64,000 bases of DNA from Squalus acanthias (Eukaryota). A model generated the notes under the pieces. It worked only from the letters and a program-made list of their open reading frames with translations, searched no databases and was not told the DNA's origin. How positions within the stretch are numbered: the stretch's first letter is position 1; every line of letters starts with the position of its first letter. The position numbers were made by a program, and so were the translations under genes. This document shows positions 34,501 to 49,500 of this stretch, piece by piece. The DNA is taken from NCBI GenBank assembly GCA_030390025.1, contig JASTWF010000257.1, positions 372,001-436,000 of the forward strand. Reading direction: 5' to 3'.

Positions 34501-37500
34501 GTGTCAGTATTTACAGGGGGTCCCTGGGGGTGTGTCAGTATTTACAGGGGGTCCCTGGGAGTGTGTCAGTATTTGCTAGGAGGTCACTGGGAGTGTGTCA
34601 GTATTTACAGGGGGTCCCTGGGAGTGTGTCAGTATTTACAGGGTGTCCCTGGGACTGGGTCAGTATTTACAGGGGGTCCCTGGGAGTGTGTCAGTATTTA
34701 CAGGGGGTCCCTGGGGGTGTGTCAGTATTTACAGGGGGTCCCTGGGAGTGTGTCAGTATTTACAGGGGGTCCCTGGGAGTATGTCAGTATTTACAGGAGG
34801 TCCCTGGGAGTGTGTCAGTATTTACAGGGGGTCCCTGGGAGTATGTCAGTATTTACAGGGGGTCCCTGGCGGGTGTGTCAGTATTTACAGGGGGTCCCTG
34901 GGAGTGTGTCCGTATTTACAGGGGGTCCCTGGGAGTGTGTCAGTATTTACAGAGTTTCCCTGGGGGTGTGTCAGTATTTACAGGGGGTCCCCGGGAGTGT
35001 GTCAGTATTTACAGGAGGTCCCTGGGATTGTGTCAGTATTTACAGGAGGACCCTGGGAGTGTGTCAGTATTTACAGGGGGTCACTGGGAGTGTGTCAGTA
35101 TTTACAGGGGGTCCCTGGGGGTGTGTCAGTATTTACAGGGGGTTCATGGGAGTGTGTCAGTATTTACAGGGGGTCCCCGGGAATGTGTCAGTATTTACAG
35201 GGGGTCCCTAGGAGTGTGTCAGTATTTACAGGGGGTCCCTGGGAGTGTGTCAGTATTTACAGGGGGTCTCTGGGAGTGTGTCAGTATTTACAGGGGATTC
35301 ATGGGAGTGTGTCAGTATTTACAGGGGGTCACTGGGAGTGTGTCAGTATTTACAGGGGGTCACTGGGAGTGTGTCAGTAAAAACAGGGGGTCTCTGGGAG
35401 TGTGTCAGTATTTACAGGAGGTCCCCGGGAGTGTGTCAGTATTTACAGGGGGTCTCGGAGTGTGTCAGTATTTACAGGGGGTCCCTGGGAGTGTGTCAGT
35501 ATTTATAGGGGGTCTCTGGGGGTGTGTCAGTATTTACACGGGTTCCTGGGAGTGTGTCAGTATTTTCAGGGAGTCCCTGGGAGTGTGTCAGTATTTATAG
35601 GGGGTCTCTGGGGGTGTGTCAGTATTTACACGGGTTCCTGGGAGTGTGTCAGTATTTTCAGGGAGTCACTGGGAGTGTGTCAGTACTTACTGGGTGTCCC
35701 TGGGAGTGTGTCAGTATTTACAGGGTGTCCCTGGGAGTGTGTCAGTATTTACAGGGTGTCCCCGGGAGTGTGTCAGTATTTACAGGGGGTCCCTGGGAGT
35801 GTGTCAGTATTTACAGGAGGTCCCTGGGAGTGTGTCAGTATTTACAGGGGGTCAGTGTGAGTCTGTCAGTATTTACAGGGGGTCCCTGGGAGTGTGTCAG
35901 TCTTTACATGGGGTCCCTGGGAGTGTGTCAGTATTTACAGGAGGTCACTGGGAGTGTGTCAGTATTTACAGGGGGTCCCTGGGAGAGTGTCAATATTAAC
36001 AGGGGGTCCCTAGGAGTGTGTCAGTATTTACAGGGGGTCCCTGGGAGAGTGTCAATATTAACAGGGGATTCCTGGCAATGTGTCAGTATTTACAGGGGGT
36101 CCCTGGGAGTGTGTCAGTATTTACTGGGGGTCCCTGGGAGTGTGTCAGTATTTACAGGGGGGTCCCTGGGAGTGTGTCAATATTTGCAGGGGGTCCCTGG
36201 GAGTATGTCAGTATTTACAGGGGTTCCCTGGGAGTATGTCAGTATTTACAGGGGGTCAGTGTGAGTCTGTCAGTATTTACAGGGGGTCCCTGGGACTGGG
36301 TCAGTATTTACAGGGGGTCCCTGGGAGTGTGTCAGTATTTATATGGGGTCTCTGGGGGTGTGTCAGTATTTACACGGGTTCCTGGGAGTGTGTCAGTATT
36401 TTCAGGGAGTCCCTGGGAGTGTGTCAGTATTTATAGGGGGTCTCTGGGGGTGTGTCAGTATTTACACGGGTTCCTGGGAGTGTGTCAGTATTTTCAGGGA
36501 GTCACTGGGAGTGTGTCAGTACTTACTGGGTGTCCCTGGGAGTGTGTCAGTATTTACAGGGTGTCCCTGGGAGTGTGTCAGTATTTACAGGGTGTCCCCA
36601 GGAGTGTGTCAGTATTTACAGGGGGTCCCTGGGAGTGTGTCAGTATTTACAGGGGGTCCCTGGGAGTGTGTCAGTATTTACAGGAGGTCCCTGGGAGTGT
36701 GTCAGTATTTACAGGGGGTCAGTGTGAGTCTGTCAGTATTTACAGGGGGTCCCTGGGAGTGTGTCAGTCTTTACATGGGGTCCCTGGGAGTGTGTCAGTA
36801 TTTACAGGAGGTCACTGGGAGTGTGTCAGTATTTACAGGGGGTCCCTGGGAGAGTGTCAATATTAACAGGGGGTCCCTAGGAGTGTGTCAGTATTTACAG
36901 GGGGTCCCTGGGAGAGTGTCAATATTAACAGGGGATTCCTGGCAATGTGTCAGTATTTACAGGGGGTCCCTGGGAGTGTGTCAGTATTTACTGGGGGTCC
37001 CTGGGAGTGTGTCAGTATTTACAGGGGGGTCCCTGGGAGTGTGTCAATATTTGCAGGGGGTCCCTGGGAGTATGTCAGTATTTACAGGGGGTCCCTGGGA
37101 GTATGTCAGTATTTACAGGGGGTCAGTGTGAGTCTGTCAGTATTTACAGGGGGTCCCTGGGAGTGTGTCAGTCTTTACATGGGGTCCCTGGGAGTGTGTC
37201 AGTATTTACAGGAGGTCACTGGGAGTGTGTCAGTATTTACAGGGGGTCCCTGGGAGAGTGTCAATATTAACAGGGGGTCTCTAGGAGTGTGTCAGTATTT
37301 ACAGGGGGTCCCTGGGAGAGTGTCAATATTAACAGGGGAATCCTGGCAATGTGTCAGTATTTACAGGGGGTCCCTGGGAGTGTGTCAGTATTTACTGGGG
37401 GTCTCTGGGAGTGTGTCAGTATTTACAGGGGGGTCCCTGGGAGTGTGTCAATATTTGCAGGGGGTCCCTGGGAGTATGTCAGTATTTACAGGGGGTCCCT

Positions 37501-40500
37501 GGGAGTATGTCAGTATTTACAGGGGGTCCCTGGGAGTGTGTCAATATTTACAGGGGGTCCCTGGGAGTTTGTCAATATTTACAAGGGGTCCATGGGAGTG
37601 TGTCAGTATTTACAGGGGGTCAGTGTGAGTCTGTCAGTATTTACAGGGGGTCCCTGGGAGTGTGTCAGTATTTACAGGGGGTCCCTGGGAGTGTGTCAGT
37701 ATTTACATGGGATCCCTGGGAGTATGTCAGTATTTACAGGGGATCCCTGGGAGTATGTCAGTATTTACAGGGGATCCCTGGGAGTGTGTCAGTATTTATA
37801 GGGGGTCACTGGGAGTGTTTCAGTATTTACAGGGGGTCCCCGGGAGTGTGTCAGTATTTACAGGGGGTCCCGGGAGTGTGTCAGTATTTACAGGGGGTCC
37901 CCGGGAGTGTGTCAGTATTTAGAGGGGGTCCCTGGAAATGTGTCAGTATTTACAGGAGGTCCCCGGGAGTGGGTCAGTATTTACAGGGGGTCCCCGGGAG
38001 TGGGTCAGTATTTACAAGGGGTCCCTGGCAATGTGTCAGTATTTACAGGGGGTCCCTGGCAATGTATCAGTATTTACAGTAGGTCCCTGGGAGTGTGTCA
38101 GTATTTACAGGGGGTCCCTGGGAGTGTGTCAGTATTTACAGAGTTTCCCTGGGGGTGTGTCAGTATTTACAGGGGGTCTCCGGGAGTGGGTCAGTATTTA
38201 CAGGGGGTACCCGGGAGTGTGTCAGTATTTACAGGGGATCCCTGGGAGTGTGTCAGTATTTACAGGGGGTCCCTGGGAGTGTGTCAGTATTTACAAGTGG
38301 TCCCTGGGAGTGTGTCAGTATTTACAGGGGGTCCCTGGGAGTGTGTCAGTATTTAGAGGGGGTCCCTGGAAATGTGTCAGTATTTACAGGAGGTCCCCGG
38401 GACTGTGTCAGTATTTACAGGGGGTCCCCGGGAGTGGGTCAGTATTTACAGGGGGTCCCTGGCAATGTATCAGTATTTACAGGAGGTCCCTGGGAGTCTG
38501 TCAGTATTTACAGGGGGTCTCGGAGTGTGTCAGTATTTACAGGGGGTCCCTGGGAGTGTGTCAGTATTTACAGGGGGTCCCTGGGAGTGGGTCATTATCT
38601 ACAGGGGGTCCCCGGGAGTGTGTCAGTATTTACAGGGGGTCCCTGGGAGTGTGTCAGTATTTACAGGGGGTCCCTGGGAGTGTGTCAGTATTTACAGGGG
38701 GTCCCTGGGACTGGGTCAGTATTTACAGGGGGTCCCTGGGAGTGTGTCAGTATTTACAGGGGGTCCCTGGGGGTGTGTCAGTATTTACAGGGGGTCCCTG
38801 GGAGTGTGTCAGTATTTACAGGGGGTCCCTGGGAGTGTGTCAGTATTTACAAGGGGTCGCTGGGAGTGTGTCAGTATTTACAGGAGGTCCCTGGGAGTGT
38901 GTCAGTATTTACAGGAGATCCCTGGGAGTGTGTCAGTATTTACAGGGGGTCCCTGGCGGGTGTGTCAGTATTTACAGGGGGTCCCTGGGAGTGTGTCCGT
39001 ATTTACAGGTGGTCCCTGGGAGTGTGTCAGTATTTACAGAGTTTCCCTGGGGGTGTGTCAGTATTTACAGGGGGTCCCTGGGAGTTGGTCAGTATTTACA
39101 GGGGGTCCCTGGGAGTCTATCAGTATTTGCAGGGGGTCTCCGGGAGTGTGTCAATATTTACAGGGGGTACCCGGGAGTGTGTCAGTATTTACAGGGGATC
39201 CCTGGGAGTGTGTCAGTATTTACAGGGGGTCCCTGGGAGTGTGTCAGTATTTACAGGGGGTCCCCGGGAGTGTGTCAGTATTTACAGGGGGTCCCTGGGA
39301 GTGTGTCAGTATTTACAGGAGGTCACATGGGAGTGTGTCAGTATTTACAGGGGGTCTCTGGGAGTGTGTCAGTATTTACAGGAGGTCCCTGGGAGTGTGT
39401 CAGTATTTACAGGGGGTCTCTGGGAGTGTGTCAGTATTTACAGGGGGTCCCCGGGAGTGTGTCAGTATTTTCAGGGAGTCCCTGGGAGTGTGTCAGTATT
39501 TACAGGGGGTCTCTGGGAGTGTGTCAGTATTTACAGGGGATTCATGGGAGTGTGTCAGTATTTACAGGGGGTCACTGGGAGTGTGTCAGTATTTACAGGG
39601 GGTCACTGGGAGTGTGTCAGTATTTACAGGGGGTCTCTGGGAGTGTGTCAGTATTTACAGGAGGTCCCCGGGAGTGTGTCAGTATTTACAGGGGGTCCCT
39701 GGGAGTGTGTCAGTATTTATAGGGGGTCTCTGGGGGTGTGTCAGTATTTACACGGGTTCCTGGGAGTGTGTCAGTATTTTCAGGGAGTCACTGGGAGTGT
39801 GTCAGTACTTACTGGGTGTCCCTGGGAGTGTGTCAGTATTTACAGGGTGTCCCTGGGAGTGTGTCAGTATTTACAGGGTGTCCCCGGGAGTGTGTCAGTA
39901 TTTACAGGGGGTCCCTGGGAGTGTGTCAGTATTTACAGGGGGTCCCTGGAGTGTGTCAGTATTTACAGGAGGTCCCTGGGAGTGTGTCAGTATTTACAGG
40001 GGGTCAGTGTGAGTCTGTCAGTATTTACAGGGGGTCCCTGGGAGTGTGTCAGTCTTTACATGGGGTCCCTGGGAGTGTGTCAGTATTTACAGGAGGTCAC
40101 TGGGAGTGTGTCAGTATTTACAGGGGGTCCCTGGGAGAGTGTCAATATTAACAGGGGGTCCCTAGGAGTGTGTCAGTATTTACAGGGGGTCCCTGGGAGA
40201 GTGTCAATATTAACAGGGGATTCCTGGCAATGTGTCAGTATTTACAGGGGGTCCCTGGGAGTGTGTCAGTATTTACTGGGGGTCCCTGGGAGTGTGTCAG
40301 TATTTACAGGGGGGTCCCTGGGAGTGGGTCAATATTTACAGGGGGTCCCTGGGAGTGTGTCAGTATTTACAGGGGGTCCCTGGGAGTATGTCAGTGTTTA
40401 CAGGGGGTCCCTGGGAGTGTGTCAATATTTACAGGGGGTCCCTGGGAGTATGTCAGTATTTACAGGGGGTCCCTGGGAGTATGTCAGTATTTACAGGGGG

Positions 40501-43500
40501 TCCCTGGGAGTGTGTCAATATTTACAGGGGGTCCCTGGGAGTTTGTCAATATTTACAAGGGGTCCCTGGGAGTGTGTCAGTATTTACAGGGGGTCAGTGT
40601 GAGTCTGTCAGTATTTACAGGGGGTCCCTGGGAGTGTGTCAGTCTTTACATGGGGTCCCTGGGAGTGTGTCAGTATTTACAGGAGGTCCCTGGGAGTGTG
40701 TCAGTATTTACAGGGAGTCCCTGGGAGTGTGTCAGTCTTTACATGGGGTCCCTGGGAGTGTGTCAGTAATTACAGGACGTCCCTGGGAGTGTGTCAGTAT
40801 TTACATGGGGTCCCTGGGAGTGTGTCAGTATTTACAGGAGGTCCCTGGGAGTGTGTCAGTATTTACATGGGATCCCTGGGAGTTTGTCAGTATTTGCAGG
40901 AGGTCCCTGGGAGTGTGTCAGTATTTACATGGGATCCCTGGGAGTATGTCAGTATTTACAGGGGGTCCCTGGGAGTATGTCAGTATTTACATGGGATCCC
41001 TGGGAGTATGTCAGTATTTACAGGAGGTCCCTGGGAGTGTGTCAGTATTTACATGGGATCCCTGGGAGTATGTCAGTATTTACAGGGGATCCCTGGGAGT
41101 GTGTCAGTATTTACAGGGGATCCCTGGGAGTATGTCAGTATTTACAGGGGATCCCTGGGAGTGTGTCAGTATTTATAGGGGGTCACTGGGAGTGTTTCAG
41201 TATTTACAGGGGGTCCCCGGGAGTGTGTCAGTATTTACAGGAGGTCCCTGGCGGGTGTGTCAGTATTTACAGGAGGCCCCGGGAGTGTGTCAGTATTTAC
41301 AGGGGGTCCCCGGGAGTGTGTCAGTATTTAGAGGGGGTCCCTGGAAATGTGTCAGTATTTACAGGAGGTCCCCGGGAGTGTGTCAGTATTTACAGGGGGT
41401 CCCCAGGAGTGGGTCAGTATTTACAAGGGGTCCCTGGCAATGTGTCAGTATTTACAGGAGGTCCCTGGGAGTGTGTCAGTATTTACAGGAGGTCCCTGGG
41501 AGTGTGTCAGTATTTACAGGGGGTCCCCGGGAGTGTGTCAGTATTTACAGGGGGTCCCTGGGAGTGTGTCAGTATTTACAGGAGGTCACATGGGAGTGTG
41601 TCAGTATTTACAGGGGGTCTCTGGGAGTGTGTCAGTATTTACAGGAGGTCCCTGGGAGTGTGTCAGTATTTACAGGGGGTCTCTGGGAGTGTGTCAGTAT
41701 TTACAGGGGGTCCCCGGGAGTGTGTCAGTATTTACAGGGGGTCCCTGGGAGTGTGTCAGTATTTACAGGGGATTCATGGGAGTGTGTCAGTATTTACAGG
41801 GGGTCACTGGGAGTGTGTCAGTATTTACAGGGGGTCACTGGGAGTGTGTCAGTATTTACAGGGGGTCTCTGGGAGTGTGTCAGTATTTACAGGAGGTCCC
41901 CGGGAGTGTGTCAGTATTTACAGGGGGTCCCTGGGAGTGTGTCAGTATTTATAGGGGGTCTCTGGGGGTGTGTCAGTATTTACACGGGTTCCTGGGAGTG
42001 TGTCAGTATTTTCAGGGAGTCCCTGGGAGTGTGTCAGTATTTACAGGGGGTCTCTGGGAGTGTGTCAGTATTTACAGGGGATTCATGGGAGTGTGTCAGT
42101 ATTTACAGGGGGTCACTGGGAGTGTGTCAGTATTTACAGGGGGTCACTGGGAGTGTGTCAGTATTTACAGGGGGTCTCTGGGAGTGTGTCAGTATTTACA
42201 GGAGGTCCCCGGGAGTGTGTCAGTATTTACAGGGGGTCCCTGGGAGTGTGTCAGTATTTATAGGGGGTCTCTGGGGGTGTGTCAGTATTTACACGGGTTC
42301 CTGGGAGTGTGTCAGTATTTTCAGGGAGTCACTGGGAGTGTGTCAGTACTTACTGGGTGTCCCTGGGAGTGTGTCAGTATTTACAGGGTGTCCCTGGGAG
42401 TGTGTCAGTATTTACAGGGTGTCCCCGGGAGTGTGTCAGTATTTACAGGGGGTCCCTGGGAGTGTGTCAGTATTTACAGGGGGTCCCTGGGAGTGTGTCA
42501 GTATTTACAGGAGGTCCCTGGGAGTGTGTCAGTATTTACAGGGGGTCAGTGTGAGTCTGTCAGTATTTACAGGGGGTCCCTGGGAGTGTGTCAGTCTTTA
42601 CATGGGGTCCCTGGGAGTGTGTCAGTATTTACAGGAGGTCACTGGGAGTGTGTCAGTATTTACAGGGGGTCCCTGGGAGAGTGTCAATATTAACAGGGGG
42701 TCCCTAGGAGTGTGTCAGTATTTACAGGGGGTCCCTGGGAGAGTGTCAATATTAACAGGGGATTCCTGGCAATGTGTCAGTATTTACAGGGGGTCCCTGG
42801 GAGTGTGTCAGTATTTACTGGGGGTCCCTGGGAGTGTGTCAGTATTTACAGGGGGGTCCCTGGGAGTGGGTCAATATTTACAGGGGGTCCCTGGGAGTGT
42901 GTCAGTATTTACAGGGGGTCCCTGGGAGTATGTCAGTGTTTACAGGGGGTCCCTGGGAGTGTGTCAATATTTACAGGGGGTCCCTGGGAGTATGTCAGTA
43001 TTTACAGGGGGTCCCTGGGAGTATGTCAGTATTTACAGGGGGTCCCTGGGAGTGTGTCAATATTTACAGGGGGTCCCTGGGAGTTTGTCAATATTTACAA
43101 GGGGTCCCTGGGAGTGTGTCAGTATTTACAGGGGGTCAGTGTGAGTCTGTCATATTTACAGGGGGTCCCTGGGAGTGTGTCAGTCTTTACATGGGGTCCC
43201 TGGGAGTGTGTCAGTATTTACAGGAGGTCCCTGGGAGTGTGTCAGTATTTACAGGGAGTCCCTGGGAGTGTGTCAGTCTTTACATGGGGTCCCTGGGAGT
43301 GTGTCAGTATTTACAGGAGGTCCCTGGGAGTGTGTCAGTATTTACATGGGGTCCCTGGGAGTGTGTCAGTATTTACAGGAGGTCCCTGGGAGTGTGTCAG
43401 TATTTACATGGGATCCCTGGGAGTTTGTCAGTATTTACAGGAGGTCCCTGGGAGTGTGTCAGTATTTACATGGGATCCCTGGGAGTATGTCAGTATTTAC

Positions 43501-46500
43501 AGGGGGTCCCTGGGAGTATGTCAGTATTTACATGGGATCCCTGGGAGTATGTCAGTATTTACAGGAGGTCCCTGGGAGTGTGTCAGTATTTACATGGGAT
43601 CCCTGGGAGTATGTCAGTATTTACAGGGGATCCCTGGGAGTGTGTCAGTATTTACAGGGGATCCCTGGGAGTATGTCAGTATTTACAGGGGATCCCTGGG
43701 AGTGTGTCAGTATTTATAGGGGGTCACTGGGAGTGTTTCAGTATTTACAGGGGGTCCCCGGGAGTGTGTCAGTATTTACAGGAGGTCCCTGGCGGGTGTG
43801 TCAGTATTTACAGGAGGCCCCGGGAGTGTGTCAGTATTTACAGGGGGTCCCCGGGAGTGTGTCAGTATTTAGAGGGGGTCCCTGGAAATGTGTCAGTATT
43901 TACAGGAGGTCCCCGGGAGTGTGTCAGTATTTACAGGGGGTCCCCAGGAGTGGGTCAGTATTTACAAGGGGTCCCTGGCAATGTGTCAGTATTTACAGGA
44001 GGTCCCTGGGAGTGTGTCAGTATTTACAGGAGGTCCCTGGGAGTGTGTCAGTATTTACAGGGGGTCCCTGGCGGGTGTGTCAGTATTTACAGGGGGTCCC
44101 TGGGAGTGTGTCCGTATTTACAGGTGGTCCCTGGGAGTGTGTCAGTATTTACAGAGTTTCCCTGGGGGTGTGTCAGTATTTACAGGGGGTCCCTGGGAGT
44201 GGGTCAGTATTTACAGGGGGTCCCTGGGAGTCTATCAGTATTTGCAGGGGGTCTCCGGGAGTGTGTCAATATTTACAGGGGGTACCCGGGAGTGTGTCAG
44301 TATTTACAGGGGATCCCTGGGAGTGTGTCAGTATTTACAGGGGGTCCCTGGGAGTGTGTCAGTATTTACAGGGGGTCCCCGGGAGTGTGTCAGTATTTAC
44401 AGGGGGTCCCTGGGAGTGTGTCAGTATTTACAGGAGGTCACATGGGAGTGTGTCAGTATTTACAGGGGGTCTCTGGGAGTGTGTCAGTATTTACAGGAGG
44501 TCCCTGGGAGTGTGTCAGTATTTACAGGGGGTCTCTGGGAGTGTGTCAGTATTTACAGGGGATTCATGGGAGTGTGTCAGTATTTACAGGGGGTCCCCGG
44601 GAGTGTGTCAGTATTTACAGGGGGTCACTGGGAGTGGGTCAGTATTTACAGGGGGTCACTGGGAGTGTGTCAGTATTTACAGGGGGTCACTGGGAGTGTG
44701 TCAGTATTTACAGGGGGTCTCTGGGAGTGTGTCAGTATTTACAGGAGGTCCCCGGGAGTGTGTCAGTATTTACAGGGGGTCCCTGGGAGTGTGTCAGTAT
44801 TTACAGGGGGTCCCTGGGAGTGTGTCAGTATTTACAGGGGGTCCCCGGGAGTGTGTCAGTATTTACAGGGGGTCCCTGGGAGTGTGTCAGTATTTACAGG
44901 AGGTCACATGGGAGTGTGTCAGTATTTACAGGGGGTCTCTGGGAGTGTGTCAGTATTTACAGGAGGTCCCTGGGAGTGTGTCAGTATTTACAGGGGGTCT
45001 CTGGGAGTGTGTCAGTATTTACAGGGGGTCCCCGGGAGTGTGTCAGTATTTACAGGGGGTCCCTGGGAGTGTGTCAGTATTTACAGGGGATTCATGGGAG
45101 TGTGTCAGTATTTACAGGGGGTCACTGGGAGTGTGTCAGTATTTACAGGGGGTCACTGGGAGTGTGTCAGTATTTACAGGGGGTCTCTGGGAGTGTGTCA
45201 GTATTTACAGGAGGTCCCCGGGAGTGTGTCAGTATTTACAGGGGGTCCCTGGGAGTGTGTCAGTATTTATAGGGGGTCTCTGGGGGTGTGTCAGTATTTA
45301 CACGGGTTCCTGGGAGTGTGTCAGTATTTTCAGGGAGTCCCTGGGAGTGTGTCAGTATTTACAGGGGGTCTCTGGGAGTGTGTCAGTATTTACAGGGGAT
45401 TCATGGGAGTGTGTCAGTATTTACAGGGGGTCACTGGGAGTGTGTCAGTATTTACAGGGGGTCACTGGGAGTGTGTCAGTATTTACAGGGGGTCTCTGGG
45501 AGTGTGTCAGTATTTACAGGAGGTCCCCGGGAGTGTGTCAGTATTTACAGGGGGTCCCTGGGAGTGTGTCAGTATTTATAGGGGGTCTCTGGGGGTGTGT
45601 CAGTATTTACACGGGTTCCTGGGAGTGTGTCAGTATTTTCAGGGAGTCACTGGGAGTGTGTCAGTACTTACTGGGTGTCCCTGGGAGTGTGTCAGTATTT
45701 ACAGGGTGTCCCTGGGAGTGTGTCAGTATTTACAGGGTGTCCCCGGGAGTGTGTCAGTATTTACAGGGGGTCCCTGGGAGTGTGTCAGTATTTACAGGGG
45801 GTCCCTGGGAGTGTGTCAGTATTTACAGGAGGTCCCTGGGAGTGTGTCAGTATTTACAGGGGGTCAGTGTGAGTCTGTCAGTATTTACAGGGGGTCCCTG
45901 GGAGTGTGTCAGTCTTTACATGGGGTCCCTGGGAGTGTGTCAGTATTTACAGGAGGTCACTGGGAGTGTGTCAGTATTTACAGGGGGTCCCTGGGAGAGT
46001 GTCAATATTAACAGGGGGTCCCTAGGAGTGTGTCAGTATTTACAGGGGGTCCCTGGGAGAGTGTCAATATTAACAGGGGATTCCTGGCAATGTGTCAGTA
46101 TTTACAGGGGGTCCCTGGGAGTGTGTCAGTATTTACTGGGGGTCCCTGGGAGTGTGTCAGTATTTACAGGGGGGTCCCTGGGAGTGGGTCAATATTTACA
46201 GGGGGTCCCTGGGAGTGTGTCAGTATTTACAGGGGGTCCCTGGGAGTATGTCAGTGTTTACAGGGGGTCCCTGGGAGTGTGTCAATATTTACAGGGGGTC
46301 CCTGGGAGTATGTCAGTATTTACAGGGGGTCCCTGGGAGTATGTCAGTATTTACAGGGGGTCCCTGGGAGTGTGTCAATATTTACAGGGGGTCCCTGGGA
46401 GTTTGTCAATATTTACAAGGGGTCCCTGGGAGTGTGTCAGTATTTACAGGGGGTCAGTGTGAGTCTGTCAGTATTTACAGGGGGTCCCTGGGAGTGTGTC

Positions 46501-49500
46501 AGTCTTTACATGGGGTCCCTGGGAGTGTGTCAGTATTTACAGGAGGTCCCTGGGAGTGTGTCAGTATTTACAGGGAGTCCCTGGGAGTGTGTCAGTCTTT
46601 ACATGGGGTCCCTGGGAGTGTGTCAGTATTTACAGGAGGTCCCTGGGAGTGTGTCAGTATTTACATGGGGTCCCTGGGAGTGTGTCAGTATTTACAGGAG
46701 GTCCCTGGGAGTGTGTCAGTATTTACATGGGATCCCTGGGAGTTTGTCAGTATTTACAGGAGGTCCCTGGGAGTGTGTCAGTATTTACATGGGATCCCTG
46801 GGAGTATGTCAGTATTTACAGGGGGTCCCTGGGAGTATGTCAATATTTACATGGGATCCCTGGGAGTATGTCAGTATTTACAGGAGGTCCCTGGGAGTGT
46901 GTCAGTATTTACATGGGATCCCTGGGAGTATGTCAGTATTTACAGGGGATCCCTGGGAGTGTGTCAGTATTTACAGGGGATCCCTGGGAGTATGTCAGTA
47001 TTTACAGGGGATCCCTGGGAGTGTGTCAGTATTTATAGGGGGTCACTGGGAGTGTTTCAGTATTTACAGGGGGTCCCCGGGAGTGTGTCAGTATTTACAG
47101 GAGGTCCCTGGCGGGTGTGTCAGTATTTACAGGAGGCCCCGGGAGTGTGTCAGTATTTACAGGGGGTCCCCGGGAGTGTGTCAGTATTTAGAGGGGGTCC
47201 CTGGAAATGTGTCAGTATTTACAGGAGGTCCCCGGGAGTGTGTCAGTATTTACAGGGGGTCCCCAGGAGTGGGTCAGTATTTACAAGGGGTCCCTGGCAA
47301 TGTGTCAGTATTTACAGGAGGTCCCTGGGAGTGTGTCAGTATTTACAGGAGGTCCCTGGGAGTGTGTCAGTATTTACAGGGGGTCCCCGGGAGTGTGTCA
47401 GTATTTACAGGGGGTCCCTGGGAGTGTGTCAGTATTTACAGGAGGTCACATGGGAGTGTGTCAGTATTTACAGGGGGTCTCTGGGAGTGTGTCAGTATTT
47501 ACAGGAGGTCCCTGGGAGTGTGTCAGTATTTACAGGGGGTCTCTGGGAGTGTGTCAGTATTTACAGGGGGTCCCCGGGAGTGTGTCAGTATTTACAGGGG
47601 GTCCCTGGGAGTGTGTCAGTATTTACAGGGGATTCATGGGAGTGTGTCAGTATTTACAGGGGGTCACTGGGAGTGTGTCAGTATTTACAGGGGGTCACTG
47701 GGAGTGTGTCAGTATTTACAGGGGGTCTCTGGGAGTGTGTCAGTATTTACAGGAGGTCCCCGGGAGTGTGTCAGTATTTACAGGGGGTCCCTGGGAGTGT
47801 GTCAGTATTTATAGGGGGTCTCTGGGGGTGTGTCAGTATTTACACGGGTTCCTGGGAGTGTGTCAGTATTTTCAGGGAGTCCCTGGGAGTGTGTCAGTAT
47901 TTACAGGGGGTCTCTGGGAGTGTGTCAGTATTTACAGGGGATTCATGGGAGTGTGTCAGTATTTACAGGGGGTCACTGGGAGTGTGTCAGTATTTACAGG
48001 GGGTCACTGGGAGTGTGTCAGTATTTACAGGAGGTCCCCGGGAGTGTGTCAGTATTTACAGGGGGTCCCTGGGAGTGTGTCAGTATTTATAGGGGGTCTC
48101 TGGGGTGTGTCAGTATTTACACGGGTTCCTGGGAGTGTGTCAGTATTTTCAGGGAGTCACTGGGAGTGTGTCAGTACTTACTGGGTGTCCCTGGGAGTGT
48201 GTCAGTATTTACAGGGTGTCCCTGGGAGTGTGTCAGTATTTACAGGGGATTCATGGGAGTGTGTCAGTATTTACAGGGGGTCACTGGAGTGTGTCAGTAT
48301 TTACAGGGGGTCACTGGGAGTGTGTCAGTATTTACAGGGGGTCTCTGGGAGTGTGTCAGTATTTACAGGAGGTCCCCGGGAGTGTGTCAGTATTTACAGG
48401 GGGTCCCTGGGAGTGTGTCAGTATTTACAGGGGGTCCCTGGGAGTGTGTCAGTATTTACAGGAGGTCCCTGGGAGTGTGTCAGTATTTACAGGGGGTCAG
48501 TGTGAGTCTGTCAGTATTTACAGGGGGTCCCTGGGAGTGTGTCAGTCTTTACATGGGGTCCCTGGGAGTGTGTCAGTATTTACAGGAGGTCACTGGGAGT
48601 GTGTCAGTATTTACAGGGGGTCCCTGGGAGAGTGTCAATATTAACAGGGGGTCCCTAGGAGTGTGTCAGTATTTACAGGGGGTCCCTGGGAGAGTGTCAA
48701 TATTAACAGGGGATTCCTGGCAATGTGTCAGTATTTACAGGGGGTCCCTGGGAGTGTGTCAGTATTTACTGGGGGTCCCTGGGAGTGTGTCAGTATTTAC
48801 AGGGGGGTCCCTGGGAGTGGGTCAATATTTACAGGGGGTCCCTGGGAGTGTGTCAGTATTTACAGGGGGTCCCTGGGAGTATGTCAGTGTTTACAGGGGG
48901 TCCCTGGGAGTGTGTCAATATTTACAGGGGGTCCCTGGGAGTATGTCAGTATTTACAGGGGGTCCCTGGGAGTATGTCAGTATTTACAGGGGGTCCCTGG
49001 GAGTGTGTCAATATTTACAGGGGGTCCCTGGGAGTTTGTCAATATTTACAAGGGGTCCCTGGGAGTGTGTCAGTATTTACAGGGGGTCAGTGTGAGTCTG
49101 TCAGTATTTACAGGGGGTCCCTGGGAGTGTGTCAGTCTTTACATGGGGTCCCTGGGAGTGTGTCAGTATTTACAGGAGGTCCCTGGGAGTGTGTCAGTAT
49201 TTACAGGGAGTCCCTGGGAGTGTGTCAGTCTTTACATGGGGTCCCTGGGAGTGTGTCAGTATTTACAGGAGGTCCCTGGGAGTGTGTCAGTATTTACATG
49301 GGGTCCCTGGGAGTGTGTCAGTATTTACAGGAGGTCCCTGGGAGTGTGTCAGTATTTACATGGGATCCCTGGGAGTTTGTCAGTATTTACAGGAGGTCCC
49401 TGGGAGTGTGTCAGTATTTACATGGGATCCCTGGGAGTATGTCAGTATTTACAGGGGGTCCCTGGGAGTATGTCAGTATTTACATGGGATCCCTGGGAGT